The notes under the pieces are model-generated. The model was not told the origin of the DNA, made no database searches, and worked only from the letters and a program-made list of their open reading frames with translations. Below are positions 26,657 through 38,321 of a stretch of DNA of 64,000 nt, one piece after another (positions within the stretch are counted from its first letter, which is position 1; every line of letters begins with the position of its first letter). The stretch is from a virus. The position numbers and the translations under genes were made by a program. The stretch lies in the IMG/VR virus record IMGVR_UViG_3300027754_003435; one strand, 5' to 3'.

Positions 26657-29425
26657 ATGAAAAAAAGTATGGTGTTCTTATTCATACTATTGAGTTTATT
26701 GAATAGTGTGATTGGAAAAGGTGTTGGTGTTCTTAGTGGTATGGTAAAGAATAAAGAAACAGGCGAACTTATTCGTTCTGCTACTATTCGTATTAAAGGA
26801 ACTAAGTGGGGAAGCCAATCTGATGTTAAAGGTAAATTTATTATTAAAGGAATTCCGTCTGATTCTTTGTTTACTGTTAGATGTTCTTTCGTTGGCTATA
26901 GAACTATTGAGATTGATTCTATTTTAGTTACCGATGGAGAAATGAAAACATTGGATCTTTTACTTGAAGAACAAGTAAGTAAAACAGATGAAGTAATAGT
27001 TGAAGTAAGACGTTCTACGGAAAGCCAATCTACTGTATTAGCCCAACGTAGAAATGCTGCTAATGTTTCGGATGGTATTTCTAAAGAAGAAATAACGAAG
27101 TCAAGTGATGGTGATGCAGGACAAGCTCTAAAGCGTGTTTCGGGTGTTACATTAGTAGGTGATAAGTTTATTTATGTACGTGGTGTAAGTGATCGTTACA
27201 ACACTACGACATTAAACGGAGCTACACTTGCGACGACTGAGTCTGACAAACGTTCCTTCGCCTTCGATATGTTTCCATCCGAGTTCCTACAATCCGCAAC
27301 CGTTACTAAATCGTTTACACCAGACTTGCCAGGTAATTTTGTTGGTGGTTTAGTTCAATTAAATACTATTGATTTTCCCGATGGGTTTTCATTAAAGGTA
27401 AACATTTCATCTGCCTTTAATACTAATACTACATTGCAAGATAACTCATTCTCTATTGGTGGTATACCGACTCGACTTCCAAGTAGTACACCGTCTTCTC
27501 GTAAAGAAATGGATAAGTTAATACGGGATGCTTATGCAGGTGTTGAAGACGCACAGGATAAATTACAAGGATTTGGTAGAGACTTGAAATCAACTTCTTG
27601 GAAACAAGATAGTATAACAGCCAATCCAAATACAAGCACTAACATTTCATACACAAACATATTCGATGTGTTCGATAATGAGTTGGGTATTATTGGTTCG
27701 GTATTCTATAACAATACATTCTCTATTAAAACCGCAGGTGATAGAAACACAACATTGGGTGATGGTTCTTATGAGCGTATAAGTTCTGGCAAGGTTTCAA
27801 ATGAATCTATCAATTCCGGTGGTATGGTAAACGTAGCATATAAAATAGGTTCAAATCATTCTTTATCTATTAAGAACATTATCAATAAATCATTTGACTT
27901 GGAAGTTCTTAATCTAAGTGGTACAGACTCTACACAAGGTATTGACTTCAAACAATATTCTTCTCAATACTTAGAGAAGAGTTTGGTTTCTTCACAAATT
28001 GGTGGTGAACATACATTACCGATTCAAAACATATTATTGGATTGGAGAATTGGTTATTCACATTCAGATAGAAATGAGCCAGACTTCCGTAGACTTAGAT
28101 ATTCAAGACAATCGACTTCACCTGATTTACCGTTCATTGCGGATATACAACCGATGGGTGATGGTACACTTGCTGGTAGATTCTTTTCAGAACTTACCGA
28201 TGAAGTTATAAACGGTGGATTGAACATAACGATACCGATGAGTACAACGTTCAAAATCAAAGTAGGTGGTATAACTGAAATGCGGGATAGAGGATTTTTA
28301 GCACGTTCATTCGCCATTGCTTCAAATGATGCTGCGGGATTACTTGGTACTGATTTCTATGCAGGTTCACCTGATGTTATATTTGATTCAAAGAACTTTG
28401 ATAGAGTAGGTGATACGTTATACATACGTGAGGATTCAAAACCAAGTGATGGGTATTCTGGAACAGAAACACTTTATGCTGGTTACAGTATGGTTGACTT
28501 TGGGATTGGAGATTTCCGTATAATAACTGGAGTTAGATTAGAAGATAATAAAATTCAATTGAATGGCTTCTATTCAAACGGTATTGTAGCAAATATAGAT
28601 TACCATACATTTGATATTTTACCAGCACTTAACTTGATATACAAACTTGGTGACAATACAAACATTCGTAGTTCCGCTTCTCAAACACTTACACGCCCTA
28701 CGTTCCGTGAGTTAGCACCCTTTGAGTTTTATAACTTCAATGACTTGGTTGTGGTACGTGGAAACACAGGACTACAACGAACACTCGTTCAAAACTATGA
28801 TTTGAGATTTGAAACATTTATGAGCAGTAACGAGGTTTTTTCGATAGGTGGTTTTTTTAAATCGTTTGTTAATCCGATAGAAGAAACTCTAAGTGGCGAG
28901 ACAGGTGGTAAGCCAGATAGAACTTGGCAGAACTCAAACGGTGTTGCTACTAATTGGGGAGCTGAAATAGAACTGCGTAAAACCATTGGTGATTTTCTGT
29001 TCAGTACAAATGTATCGCTTGTTAATTCACAGATAACAATAAGTCAAGGTAACAATACCGAAACAAGAACTATGTGGGGTCAGTCACCATATTCTATAAA
29101 CTGTGGTTTATATTATACGAATGTAGATTTAGGAACTTCGGTGAATGTATCGTATAACCGAGTTGGTAGAAGAATAGTATCGGTTACACAGTTAGGTCGC
29201 TTCCCTACATTAGAAGTTGATGGTAGTTCACCACACTGGTATGAAGAACCAAGAGACTTAGTAGATATTACAATAACAAAAAACATACTAAAAGGATTCG
29301 ATTGTAAGGTTACGGTAAAAGATATTCTTAACCAAACTCTATATTGGAAGCAAGGTGATAGAATTGTTCAATCGAATGTATTTGGAACAACAGCGAGTAT
29401 TTCTTTAAGCTATAAATTGTTTTAA
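26657..29425 (+). CDS. TonB-dependent receptor (CarboxypepD_reg-like + plug + beta-barrel)
   Basis: Signal peptide MKKSMVF, then SGMVKNKETGE...SDVKGKF, plug LKRVSGV...YVRGVSDRYNTTTLNG, barrel NYDLRFE and terminal SLSYKLF (aromatic C-terminus). Confidence 0.92.
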   Translation: MKKSMVFLFILLSLLNSVIGKGVGVLSGMVKNKETGELIRSATIRIKGTKWGSQSDVKGKFIIKGIPSDSLFTVRCSFVGYRTIEIDSILVTDGEMKTLDLLLEEQVSKTDEVIVEVRRSTESQSTVLAQRRNAANVSDGISKEEITKSSDGDAGQALKRVSGVTLVGDKFIYVRGVSDRYNTTTLNGATLATTESDKRSFAFDMFPSEFLQSATVTKSFTPDLPGNFVGGLVQLNTIDFPDGFSLKVNISSAFNTNTTLQDNSFSIGGIPTRLPSSTPSSRKEMDKLIRDAYAGVEDAQDKLQGFGRDLKSTSWKQDSITANPNTSTNISYTNIFDVFDNELGIIGSVFYNNTFSIKTAGDRNTTLGDGSYERISSGKVSNESINSGGMVNVAYKIGSNHSLSIKNIINKSFDLEVLNLSGTDSTQGIDFKQYSSQYLEKSLVSSQIGGEHTLPIQNILLDWRIGYSHSDRNEPDFRRLRYSRQSTSPDLPFIADIQPMGDGTLAGRFFSELTDEVINGGLNITIPMSTTFKIKVGGITEMRDRGFLARSFAIASNDAAGLLGTDFYAGSPDVIFDSKNFDRVGDTLYIREDSKPSDGYSGTETLYAGYSMVDFGIGDFRIITGVRLEDNKIQLNGFYSNGIVANIDYHTFDILPALNLIYKLGDNTNIRSSASQTLTRPTFRELAPFEFYNFNDLVVVRGNTGLQRTLVQNYDLRFETFMSSNEVFSIGGFFKSFVNPIEETLSGETGGKPDRTWQNSNGVATNWGAEIELRKTIGDFLFSTNVSLVNSQITISQGNNTETRTMWGQSPYSINCGLYYTNVDLGTSVNVSYNRVGRRIVSVTQLGRFPTLEVDGSSPHWYEEPRDLVDITITKNILKGFDCKVTVKDILNQTLYWKQGDRIVQSNVFGTTASISLSYKLF

Positions 29426-29455
29426 GTTGTTCGTACATACCAGACAACTAAAAAG

Positions 29456-29483
29456 AAAAGGTGAGTAGAAATACTCACCTTTT
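29456..29483. terminator. Bidirectional terminator
   Basis: AAAAGGTGAGTA-GAAA-TACTCACCTTTT between convergent genes. Confidence 0.9.
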
Positions 29484-29486
29484 TTA

Positions 29487-30119
29487 TTATCGTTGATCGA
29501 GAAGTGCAAAGTCTGTTATACGGAAATAATCGTATGGGTTTATGGTTCTTTTACGAGACCAGACGCCACCACCACTCCATTGACTTCCACTCTTTCCAGA
29601 TGATGTATTTCCTTCAATAGTTGTTCCGCTGTTACCCTGCCATTTGTCAGTAAATCCAACATGGCCGAATAAGGTTGCACCACGTCTCCAAACTAAAACT
29701 GTACCAACCGGTATCTTCATATTCTCAAACGATACTTTTGTTGCTTTAATAGTTTTGTTTTTGGTTATGAAATGTCTAGCTAATCCAGAACGAGTTTTCA
29801 TTGTAGTAACCTTTGCAGAATCAAGAACGAATGAAACAAATGCTGCACACCATTGGTTGCCTTTTGTTAATCCTACTGATTTTAAAAAACGCTCAACCCA
29901 ATATCCACCATTGTCTCCGACTTCTTTTGTACCAACTAATCCATAAGCAATACTTCGTACACGCTCATCATCAGTTTGTTTAACTACCGATAGTTTCTTC
30001 TCACAGCTTGAACATAAACTATCAGTTTTTTTAACTGTTTGAGAAGCAGAGTGCAGCGGTAAGGATGTTAGCAAACATCCAAATAGCGTAAGCAACAGGA
30101 TTTGATGCAAGTATCTCAC
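29487..30119 (-). CDS. CHAP-domain peptidoglycan amidase (lysin) with N-terminal hydrophobic leader
   Basis: WCAAFV (catalytic Cys), GHVG (His) and TIEGNT motifs. Confidence 0.85.
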   Translation of the reverse strand: MRYLHQILLLTLFGCLLTSLPLHSASQTVKKTDSLCSSCEKKLSVVKQTDDERVRSIAYGLVGTKEVGDNGGYWVERFLKSVGLTKGNQWCAAFVSFVLDSAKVTTMKTRSGLARHFITKNKTIKATKVSFENMKIPVGTVLVWRRGATLFGHVGFTDKWQGNSGTTIEGNTSSGKSGSQWSGGGVWSRKRTINPYDYFRITDFALLDQR

Positions 30120-30294
30120 GGGTCTTTACCTCCTGAATTAAGTATGAATCAACAAACCACGCAGCCCCAACGGCAAGTGCGTACTTACTCAAACCAACAG
30201 CGAATGTGCTGAAATTACCATCCCCAAATGTTGCACCGATCGCTATCACGGATAAAACAAGTAGCGGTATGAATGTTTTTAAGTTTTCCAACAT
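30031..30294 (-). CDS. Holin-like small membrane protein
   Basis: Three hydrophobic helices, GGAGG RBS before MLENLK, directly upstream of the lysin. Confidence 0.55.
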   Translation of the reverse strand: MLENLKTFIPLLVLSVIAIGATFGDGNFSTFAVGLSKYALAVGAAWFVDSYLIQEVKTREILASNPVAYAIWMFANILTAALCFSNS

Positions 30295-30390
30295 TTCAAA
30301 AACCTCCCATTTATTATAAAACACCTATGTAACAATAACTATAATACATACAAAAAAACCGTTAGTGTTTACTAACGGTTATTTGTTAAT

Positions 30391-30630
30391 TTAATCTTCT
30401 TGATTTTGTTGGAGTATTGTGTAGTACCCGCTTTCAACTTGACTGTGGAATTGATCCTGATTTATTTTACCAACAGAACCATCTGAGTTATCTCGGAAGT
30501 AATAGAACATATCTGATATGTGAACTAGCTTCCAAGTTTTACGGAAGTTCTTATTAGTCTCCCAAATACATTGAACGTAATCATGTATTTTTACTATCAA
30601 GCCATTGTATGCTTCAACTTCAGTTAACAT
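30391..30630 (-). CDS. Hypothetical protein
   Basis: ORF track. Confidence 0.55.
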   Translation of the reverse strand: MLTEVEAYNGLIVKIHDYVQCIWETNKNFRKTWKLVHISDMFYYFRDNSDGSVGKINQDQFHSQVESGYYTILQQNQED

Positions 30631-30643
30631 GAAAATCTATTCC

Positions 30644-31123
30644 TTACATCATTCTAAAATAGTGACCGTTTGATTCGGAATAATCATACATAAGTTCTTT
30701 AGCAGTGCTTTCCCAATCAATATGAATATAACCTGGTAAGTCGTTCGGTATCTCTCCAAGTTGTTCACATAAGTCTCGTGCAAACTCTGCATCACTAGCA
30801 AATTGACCAGAGTATGCTTCATCTACATTGCAATATTGAACATCACAATTACGTGCCGCTTCCCAAATATCCATGTCATCATAGTGACTATTAGGATAAT
30901 TCTCAATGAAATCTTCCAAGTCATCAGGACTTAAAAAGTATGGTAAATCAGAGTAATCAATTTGAATATCATTCTTATCAATCAATTCATAATCCTCAAT
31001 ACTATTGTTTTCTGCAATTTCTAAGAATGCATCTTTAATATCATCTGAGGTGAAACAGCTATCGTCAATAGTAATCGATGCTGTAAATAATGATGGTTTG
31101 TGACTTACTGATACTTCAAACAT
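30644..31123 (-). CDS. ardA: ArdA-like antirestriction DNA mimic
   Basis: Highly acidic; C-terminal YIHIDWESTAKELMYDYSESNGHYFR matches the ArdA pattern; has an early promoter. Confidence 0.7.
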   Translation of the reverse strand: MFEVSVSHKPSLFTASITIDDSCFTSDDIKDAFLEIAENNSIEDYELIDKNDIQIDYSDLPYFLSPDDLEDFIENYPNSHYDDMDIWEAARNCDVQYCNVDEAYSGQFASDAEFARDLCEQLGEIPNDLPGYIHIDWESTAKELMYDYSESNGHYFRMM

Positions 31124-31142
31124 AACTTTAATCCTTATTTTA

Positions 31143-31174
31143 TTGGTTGTTCTTAATCTTACATTACAAATATA
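31143..31174 (-). promoter_or_regulatory. Early promoter -7 box plus conserved leader
   Basis: TATATTTGTAATGTAAGATTAAGAACAACCAA on the minus strand. Confidence 0.85.
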
Positions 31175-31251
31175 AGGAATTTCGCATTAAGATCAAAGCA
31201 CTATTCCAACGGTAACTAAAATAAAAATTGTAATTGTATATTGACGAAGTT

Positions 31252-31899
31252 TTATATTTTCCCCACGCTTTTTAAAAATGTTGATAATTTTACATCAGTT
31301 TCAATTAAATTCATATTTTTATCATAAACATCCCAAATCCATTCCTTCGTGTTTTTGCTATCAATTTTCACATTTACAATACAAACCACATCAATACCAT
31401 GTGTCACATCAAAAACTATTTGAAATTGTTTATCACCAGTATTGTAAACTTTACAAAAATCATTAGATTTAAAAACAATACCCCATCCACCATATAAAAA
31501 ATCTTTTTGGTATCTACTATCAATCTTTTTGTTAGTTAAATCAAATGCAAAACCGAAATTACCATCAATAATTTGTTCCTTACTTTTTCTTGTTTTAGTA
31601 AATGAAGAATAATATGCACCAACCCCACGAAAACCATTTTGTAAAATAGATGTTATATTTTCTTTGGTTGTTGAATGAAATAACAATGTGTTTGTTGATA
31701 ATTTTATTGCTGAATTTGGTTTGTATGAAAATCCTCTCTGTGGAGTTTTTTCCAAATTATTAACAACATTAACAAACTCATCAATTGTGTTTATTTTCGT
31801 AACATCTTTTTTTGAAACACTTTCTTTTAAAATTTGTTGTTCATTCAAAACCTCTCGTATTGATAACATGTCTTTGAGTTTAATTCTTTTGTTTTTCAT
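31252..31899 (-). CDS. ART-fold-like protein with N-terminal tag
   Basis: LLFHST...ILQNGF...FGFAF...YG..GIVF...DKQFQIVF; start MKNKRIKLKDML...ILKE. Confidence 0.55.
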   Translation of the reverse strand: MKNKRIKLKDMLSIREVLNEQQILKESVSKKDVTKINTIDEFVNVVNNLEKTPQRGFSYKPNSAIKLSTNTLLFHSTTKENITSILQNGFRGVGAYYSSFTKTRKSKEQIIDGNFGFAFDLTNKKIDSRYQKDFLYGGWGIVFKSNDFCKVYNTGDKQFQIVFDVTHGIDVVCIVNVKIDSKNTKEWIWDVYDKNMNLIETDVKLSTFLKSVGKI

Positions 31900-31973
31900 A
31901 ACAAAACTCCAACGGTAAATAAAATAATAATACTGTATATGCTAATATAAGGAATAAGGATATAAACAAAACA

Positions 31974-32294
31974 TTATTGGAAATCTTTATATGAAGCAAC
32001 TATCACATCTGGATGTTCATCCATGAAGTTAAGTATATGTAACATATCATCGTAACACATTTCAATTTTTTCCGATTCATTATCATCTATAACTTCTTGC
32101 AATGTAATAACATTACGTTCTGAGTCATACCACCAATCCCATTTCGATTGTTGTAATCGCATTACGTTTAATGAAGTGTTTTTACCTAATACCGAAAACA
32201 TCTGTTCAATGTCTTCACGAACGAACTCATGTCCTTTGTAAATAAGTAGACCAGTGTAATCACTAATATTTACATAATCATCATATACTTTCAT
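31974..32294 (-). CDS. Early hypothetical acidic protein
   Basis: ORF track; degenerate leader and promoter at 32310-32341. Confidence 0.65.
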   Translation of the reverse strand: MKVYDDYVNISDYTGLLIYKGHEFVREDIEQMFSVLGKNTSLNVMRLQQSKWDWWYDSERNVITLQEVIDDNESEKIEMCYDDMLHILNFMDEHPDVIVASYKDFQ

Positions 32295-32401
32295 AACTTA
32301 TTTCCTTAATTGGCTGTTATTAATCTAACAGAACAAATATAAGGATTTTTTCAATACAATCAAAGTGCTATTATTTACCCATCCAATAGAATTCCACTAA
32401 C

Positions 32402-33181
32402 TTAATCATAGTCTATTTCCATCGGTATTCCCAAATCCAAATGAAATTGTTTATCAGACATTTTATATGATTCTTGAGTTTCATCATTCATATCTGTTGT
32501 ATATTGCCAATTCCAAAACAGATTATCAGGTGTATCAAATCCAAAGAAGTTCAATACATTTTTCTGTACACCGACTACGTTTGCCCCATTCCAATTTTGC
32601 CCTATGCAAATAAACCCTGCTTGTTTTCCCATAAGTAAATTATCTTCACCCAATGTACTATGGCGATTCTCTAACCAAGTTAGGCGTTCAATGAGCTTTT
32701 GATATTGTGCATTTGTTTGCCCCCAACGAATAGAGCCAAAGAATAATATAATATCTGCATTGAATATTTCATCAGATACTTTCCAAAGTTGGTCTGATTT
32801 ATCGTTAACACTTGCCCAACATCTGTGGTTTCCACTTGGATTTTTCTTTTTATCTTTAAGGGCTGAATCCATTACACCACATGAGTTACCAGTTTTATGT
32901 GATACATTCCCTTCACATGATACAATATTCAGCTGAGGAATATCAATCCAACTTGATTTGTTCGGTATATTATCTTTAATAAATAAAGCAAGTTCAGTTG
33001 ACTTAGGAAGTTCATCTTCTACACCACCTTTATCATACCCGGTGTTAAATGGATAACGTGTTGATGTAGTTAGAAATAAAACTTTCTTTTGTTGGTAAGA
33101 AGCCAAATATGAAACAGTATCAGATACTACTCCACTTAAATCTCTTCTTTTTATTAACGATGCTAATGATGGTATTGACAT
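32402..33181 (-). CDS. Flavodoxin-fold / NADPH-dependent FMN reductase-like (iron-sulfur flavoprotein-like)
   Basis: CEG, CG, CW cysteines, ADIILFFGSIRWG and GFICIGQNWNG motifs. Confidence 0.7.
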   Translation of the reverse strand: MSIPSLASLIKRRDLSGVVSDTVSYLASYQQKKVLFLTTSTRYPFNTGYDKGGVEDELPKSTELALFIKDNIPNKSSWIDIPQLNIVSCEGNVSHKTGNSCGVMDSALKDKKKNPSGNHRCWASVNDKSDQLWKVSDEIFNADIILFFGSIRWGQTNAQYQKLIERLTWLENRHSTLGEDNLLMGKQAGFICIGQNWNGANVVGVQKNVLNFFGFDTPDNLFWNWQYTTDMNDETQESYKMSDKQFHLDLGIPMEIDYD

Positions 33182-33185
33182 GGCG

Positions 33186-33416
33186 TTACTTATATATTGT
33201 TATTAGTGAAGTTAAAAGGTTTCCCCTGCCAACTATCGTGCCTATATGATCAAATGTTTTATCTGTTTTCGGATTGTATATACCCAATTTTCTACCTTGT
33301 CTATCTCTTAGTATATGCATACCAGTTGACAAAATTTCTAACGTACCAAGTGGAACACCACGTCTGTCACGTATGTAATCTCGTCTTTCAAACAATATGT
33401 CCATTAGTTTAATCAT
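33186..33416 (-). CDS. Small beta-repeat protein with N-terminal tag
   Basis: Start MIKLMDILFE; internal repeats RDRRGVPLG and RDRQGRKLG. Confidence 0.65.
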   Translation of the reverse strand: MIKLMDILFERRDYIRDRRGVPLGTLEILSTGMHILRDRQGRKLGIYNPKTDKTFDHIGTIVGRGNLLTSLITIYK

Positions 33417-33439
33417 ACATATAAATATGATAAAATAAA

Positions 33440-33463
33440 AAACCCCTTGAATTCAAGGGGTTT
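33440..33463 (-). terminator. Terminator after groEL
   Basis: AAACCCCTTGAATTCAAGGGGTTT hairpin with an adjacent A-run. Confidence 0.85.
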
Positions 33464-33472
33464 ATAATATAA

Positions 33473-35445
<1,973 letters not shown>

Positions 35446-35490
35446 ATAACATCTCCTTAAATAATACTTACAAATATACTAATTTTATAC

Positions 35491-36189
35491 TTAAACATCC
35501 GATTTATTTTCTTTGTTCCAATCAAAAAATTTCTCTTGTTCTTGTTTCTTTTTTTCAGCTTGTTGCTTGATTCTTTCTTCTAGCCTACGTCTATATCTAC
35601 CATCGTGTTTTCTGCTTTCACCATACCATGGTATTTTAGTAGCAGTTCCATAAGTCCAACCCTGATAAGAAGTTGACGGTGTTCTAACTAAGTTAAAATA
35701 ACAATTAAAGCAAAGTAACCTTAGATTTTCTAACGTGGTATTTATCCAGTTATTATCTATGAAGTCTATCAATAGTGGATAATTACCATCAGTCATCCTT
35801 GGCTCGTCCCATCCACAAGCAGCGCAAACACACGGGACCCAACCTGATAGTAATAATCTTTTTCGTAGTTTCTTTGAATCATAACCTGGATGTTTTCCAT
35901 CCAATATATCCTCTAATCTTTCTGTGTAACCTTTGTTACAATCAAAATTTTTACCGTTCCACTTTTCATCCTTTTGTATTTTCTTAATTCCTACACCAAC
36001 TTTGGAGTGAATTTCAAATAAGGTTTTATCTGTTTCTGAATCAATAAATGTTTTAGCATACTTTTTGTATGTACGATAATCTATATTGAGAAATCTTGCA
36101 GCGTCTTTATTACCGAATGAGTTTTCCATTGCATAACGCAATTGAGATTCGGTTAGACTAATAGGCGGTCTTCCATGCCTTTCATTCAT
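35491..36189 (-). CDS. HTH + degenerate HNH zinc-finger protein
   Basis: AARFLNIDYRTYKKY helix-turn-helix; CAACG...IDFIDNN...LENLRLLCFNCY. Confidence 0.65.
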   Translation of the reverse strand: MNERHGRPPISLTESQLRYAMENSFGNKDAARFLNIDYRTYKKYAKTFIDSETDKTLFEIHSKVGVGIKKIQKDEKWNGKNFDCNKGYTERLEDILDGKHPGYDSKKLRKRLLLSGWVPCVCAACGWDEPRMTDGNYPLLIDFIDNNWINTTLENLRLLCFNCYFNLVRTPSTSYQGWTYGTATKIPWYGESRKHDGRYRRRLEERIKQQAEKKKQEQEKFFDWNKENKSDV

Positions 36190-36372
36190 AACACTATATC
36201 CTAAGAATATATAACATAACGTATATAAATATAAGGGTAGTATAAAATGTTTATTTTTCTTTCAAACTCTTGAGTAAAGCAATCATTTTAGGAAAGTAAA
36301 AACAATAATTTTTATGAAGCAACAATAAAACGCTTTCATGCTGTATATGAATATTTTTTATAGACTAATAAA

Positions 36373-36906
36373 TTAGTGTTCTTTAACTGGTTGTCCTGCA
36401 ACAACTTGTTTAATAACTTCGTATAATTTATCTTCATCGCCAGGTGCATAAGAATTATGCTGCCATACTACTTTTCCATTTCCATCTATCAAGAATGCGT
36501 GTGGAACATTATTTACATTCATTGCTCTTTTTAAGTCACCATTTTCATCAAGATATACTTCATATTCCCAACGTTTTCCATTGATAAATGGTGCAACTTT
36601 AGCAGAATTACGAACATCATCAACTGAAATTGCAACAACTTTAACTCCAGTAGCATCTCTCCACTCATCATATACATTACTTATATTTGTTAATTCTTGA
36701 ATACAAGGTTTGCACCATGAAGCCCAGAAGTTTAACAAAATGGGTTTTCCATTATTAGTGATTGAACTAGCATTAATTTTTTCTCCCTTAATATTTTTTA
36801 TCGAGGCAGACGGAATTACTGCTTTTGTAGAATCAGATACTTGAGCGTGAATTGATGACAAAGAAATAATCATCAATAATGAAATGAAGAATAAGAAGAC
36901 TTTCAT
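36373..36906 (-). CDS. TlpA/thioredoxin-like disulfide reductase, exported
   Basis: Signal peptide, NFWASWCKPC and VPHAFLID motifs. Confidence 0.92.
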   Translation of the reverse strand: MKVFLFFISLLMIISLSSIHAQVSDSTKAVIPSASIKNIKGEKINASSITNNGKPILLNFWASWCKPCIQELTNISNVYDEWRDATGVKVVAISVDDVRNSAKVAPFINGKRWEYEVYLDENGDLKRAMNVNNVPHAFLIDGNGKVVWQHNSYAPGDEDKLYEVIKQVVAGQPVKEH

Positions 36907-36960
36907 GGTGATTTCCAATATTTACAAATATTTACAAGGCAATCTAGTGTTTAATTTATT

Positions 36961-37290
36961 TTATTCCTTTATTAAACTTTCTGTATCTAATATGGAATTA
37001 ATTTCCGTTTGTATATCTTCGTTTATTCTTGAGTGAGTAACTGAAAGTGTACCAATCGGTGTATGTTTAAAACCATCAATCACATCAATCGCATTCATAA
37101 TAAAGTCTGTTATTATCATTCGCTTTTCAATTTCAAAATCTACCTTATCATCCAAATCTTCATGTAAATCTGAAGTTATTTTGTCTTCTAAGTAATAAAG
37201 TTTTTTTATATAATTAGAAACATGCCCAAGACGAATGATTTCTTCATTTAATTCATCAGCCCAATACATAAAACTTTCTTTTGTAATCAT
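36961..37290 (-). CDS. Hypothetical acidic protein
   Basis: ORF track. Confidence 0.6.
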   Translation of the reverse strand: MITKESFMYWADELNEEIIRLGHVSNYIKKLYYLEDKITSDLHEDLDDKVDFEIEKRMIITDFIMNAIDVIDGFKHTPIGTLSVTHSRINEDIQTEINSILDTESLIKE

Positions 37291-37358
37291 AACTAAATCC
37301 TAAATAAGCATAAATATAATAGCGTTAATAATACCTACGCCAATAATAAAGTCTTCTA

Positions 37359-37715
37359 TCATATAGAAATCTCCGATATACCTTCGTTTCTATCTGGATT
37401 AAAACATAATGCGGTTGGAGTTCCATCTACTTTCTTATCATTAATTAAAACTCTTGCACCACCACCAACGCCCATTATTAGTTGGTCATAAATAATACCA
37501 ACCTCATCCAACTGTCTTTCGGTTTGCCTACGTAAACTTTCTCGTCTACCCGTGAGTAAAATAATATTGTACCCCCGTTTGTCCCACTCAAGAAGTTTTT
37601 CTATAGTGCCAGGTAACAATTTCATGGTGTGTCTAAATGTTTGAGCATCAGTTGGAATGGCATGCTCAACTAATGTTCCGTCAATATCAAGTATTATTGT
37701 TTTAGGTCTGTTCAT
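37359..37715 (-). CDS. HAD-superfamily phosphatase (small, capless)
   Basis: LDIDGTL, LLTGR and INDK motifs. Confidence 0.8.
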   Translation of the reverse strand: MNRPKTIILDIDGTLVEHAIPTDAQTFRHTMKLLPGTIEKLLEWDKRGYNIILLTGRRESLRRQTERQLDEVGIIYDQLIMGVGGGARVLINDKKVDGTPTALCFNPDRNEGISEISI

Positions 37716-37906
37716 AAATCTGTGTCCGGGTAAAAATTATAATCATCCACTTCATGTTCTTGCATGATTTCTGCTTCTTGTTTTATATATTCATCAGCTA
37801 TCCTATCAAGAATCATACTTAGTAATTCTTTACATTCTTCGCTCGTTGCTTTTGAATCATGCAATCCTAACAAATACCATTGTAAATTTTTCATTGCACT
37901 ACGCAT
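37712..37906 (-). CDS. Hypothetical protein
   Basis: ORF track; coupled to its neighbours. Confidence 0.55.
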   Translation of the reverse strand: MRSAMKNLQWYLLGLHDSKATSEECKELLSMILDRIADEYIKQEAEIMQEHEVDDYNFYPDTDL

Positions 37907-37907
37907 A

Positions 37908-38138
37908 TTAAACTCCTACCAAACTACGTTGAATTCTAATTTTTGTTTTTCTAATGCTTTTCACTTCTTCTATAATCTGAGAATATATTTGAAAATTATT
38001 AATCGATTCTTCAAGAATTCGTTTATAATCATTTAACTGTTCTTCTGATACTCCACCAAGTCTAACAAGTCTACTATATGAAATAAAATCTTCTTTTGCT
38101 TGATTAAGTTTTTCATCGATATATAAATTGTTTTTCAT
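37908..38138 (-). CDS. Early hypothetical protein
   Basis: Start MKNNLY after the leader and promoter at 38154-38185. Confidence 0.65.
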   Translation of the reverse strand: MKNNLYIDEKLNQAKEDFISYSRLVRLGGVSEEQLNDYKRILEESINNFQIYSQIIEEVKSIRKTKIRIQRSLVGV

Positions 38139-38321
38139 AACTAAGTTCCTAAATTGGTTGTTTATTAATCTCACATACAAATATACGAACTTTATTTATA
38201 ACAACCAACTGTTAATTTTGTTTGTTTTTCATAGTTGTGTATAAATCATATAACGCCTTTACGAGCGTCCATATATTCGATGCCATTGCTGCAACAAATA
38301 GAAAAGCAATCAAGTATAAAC

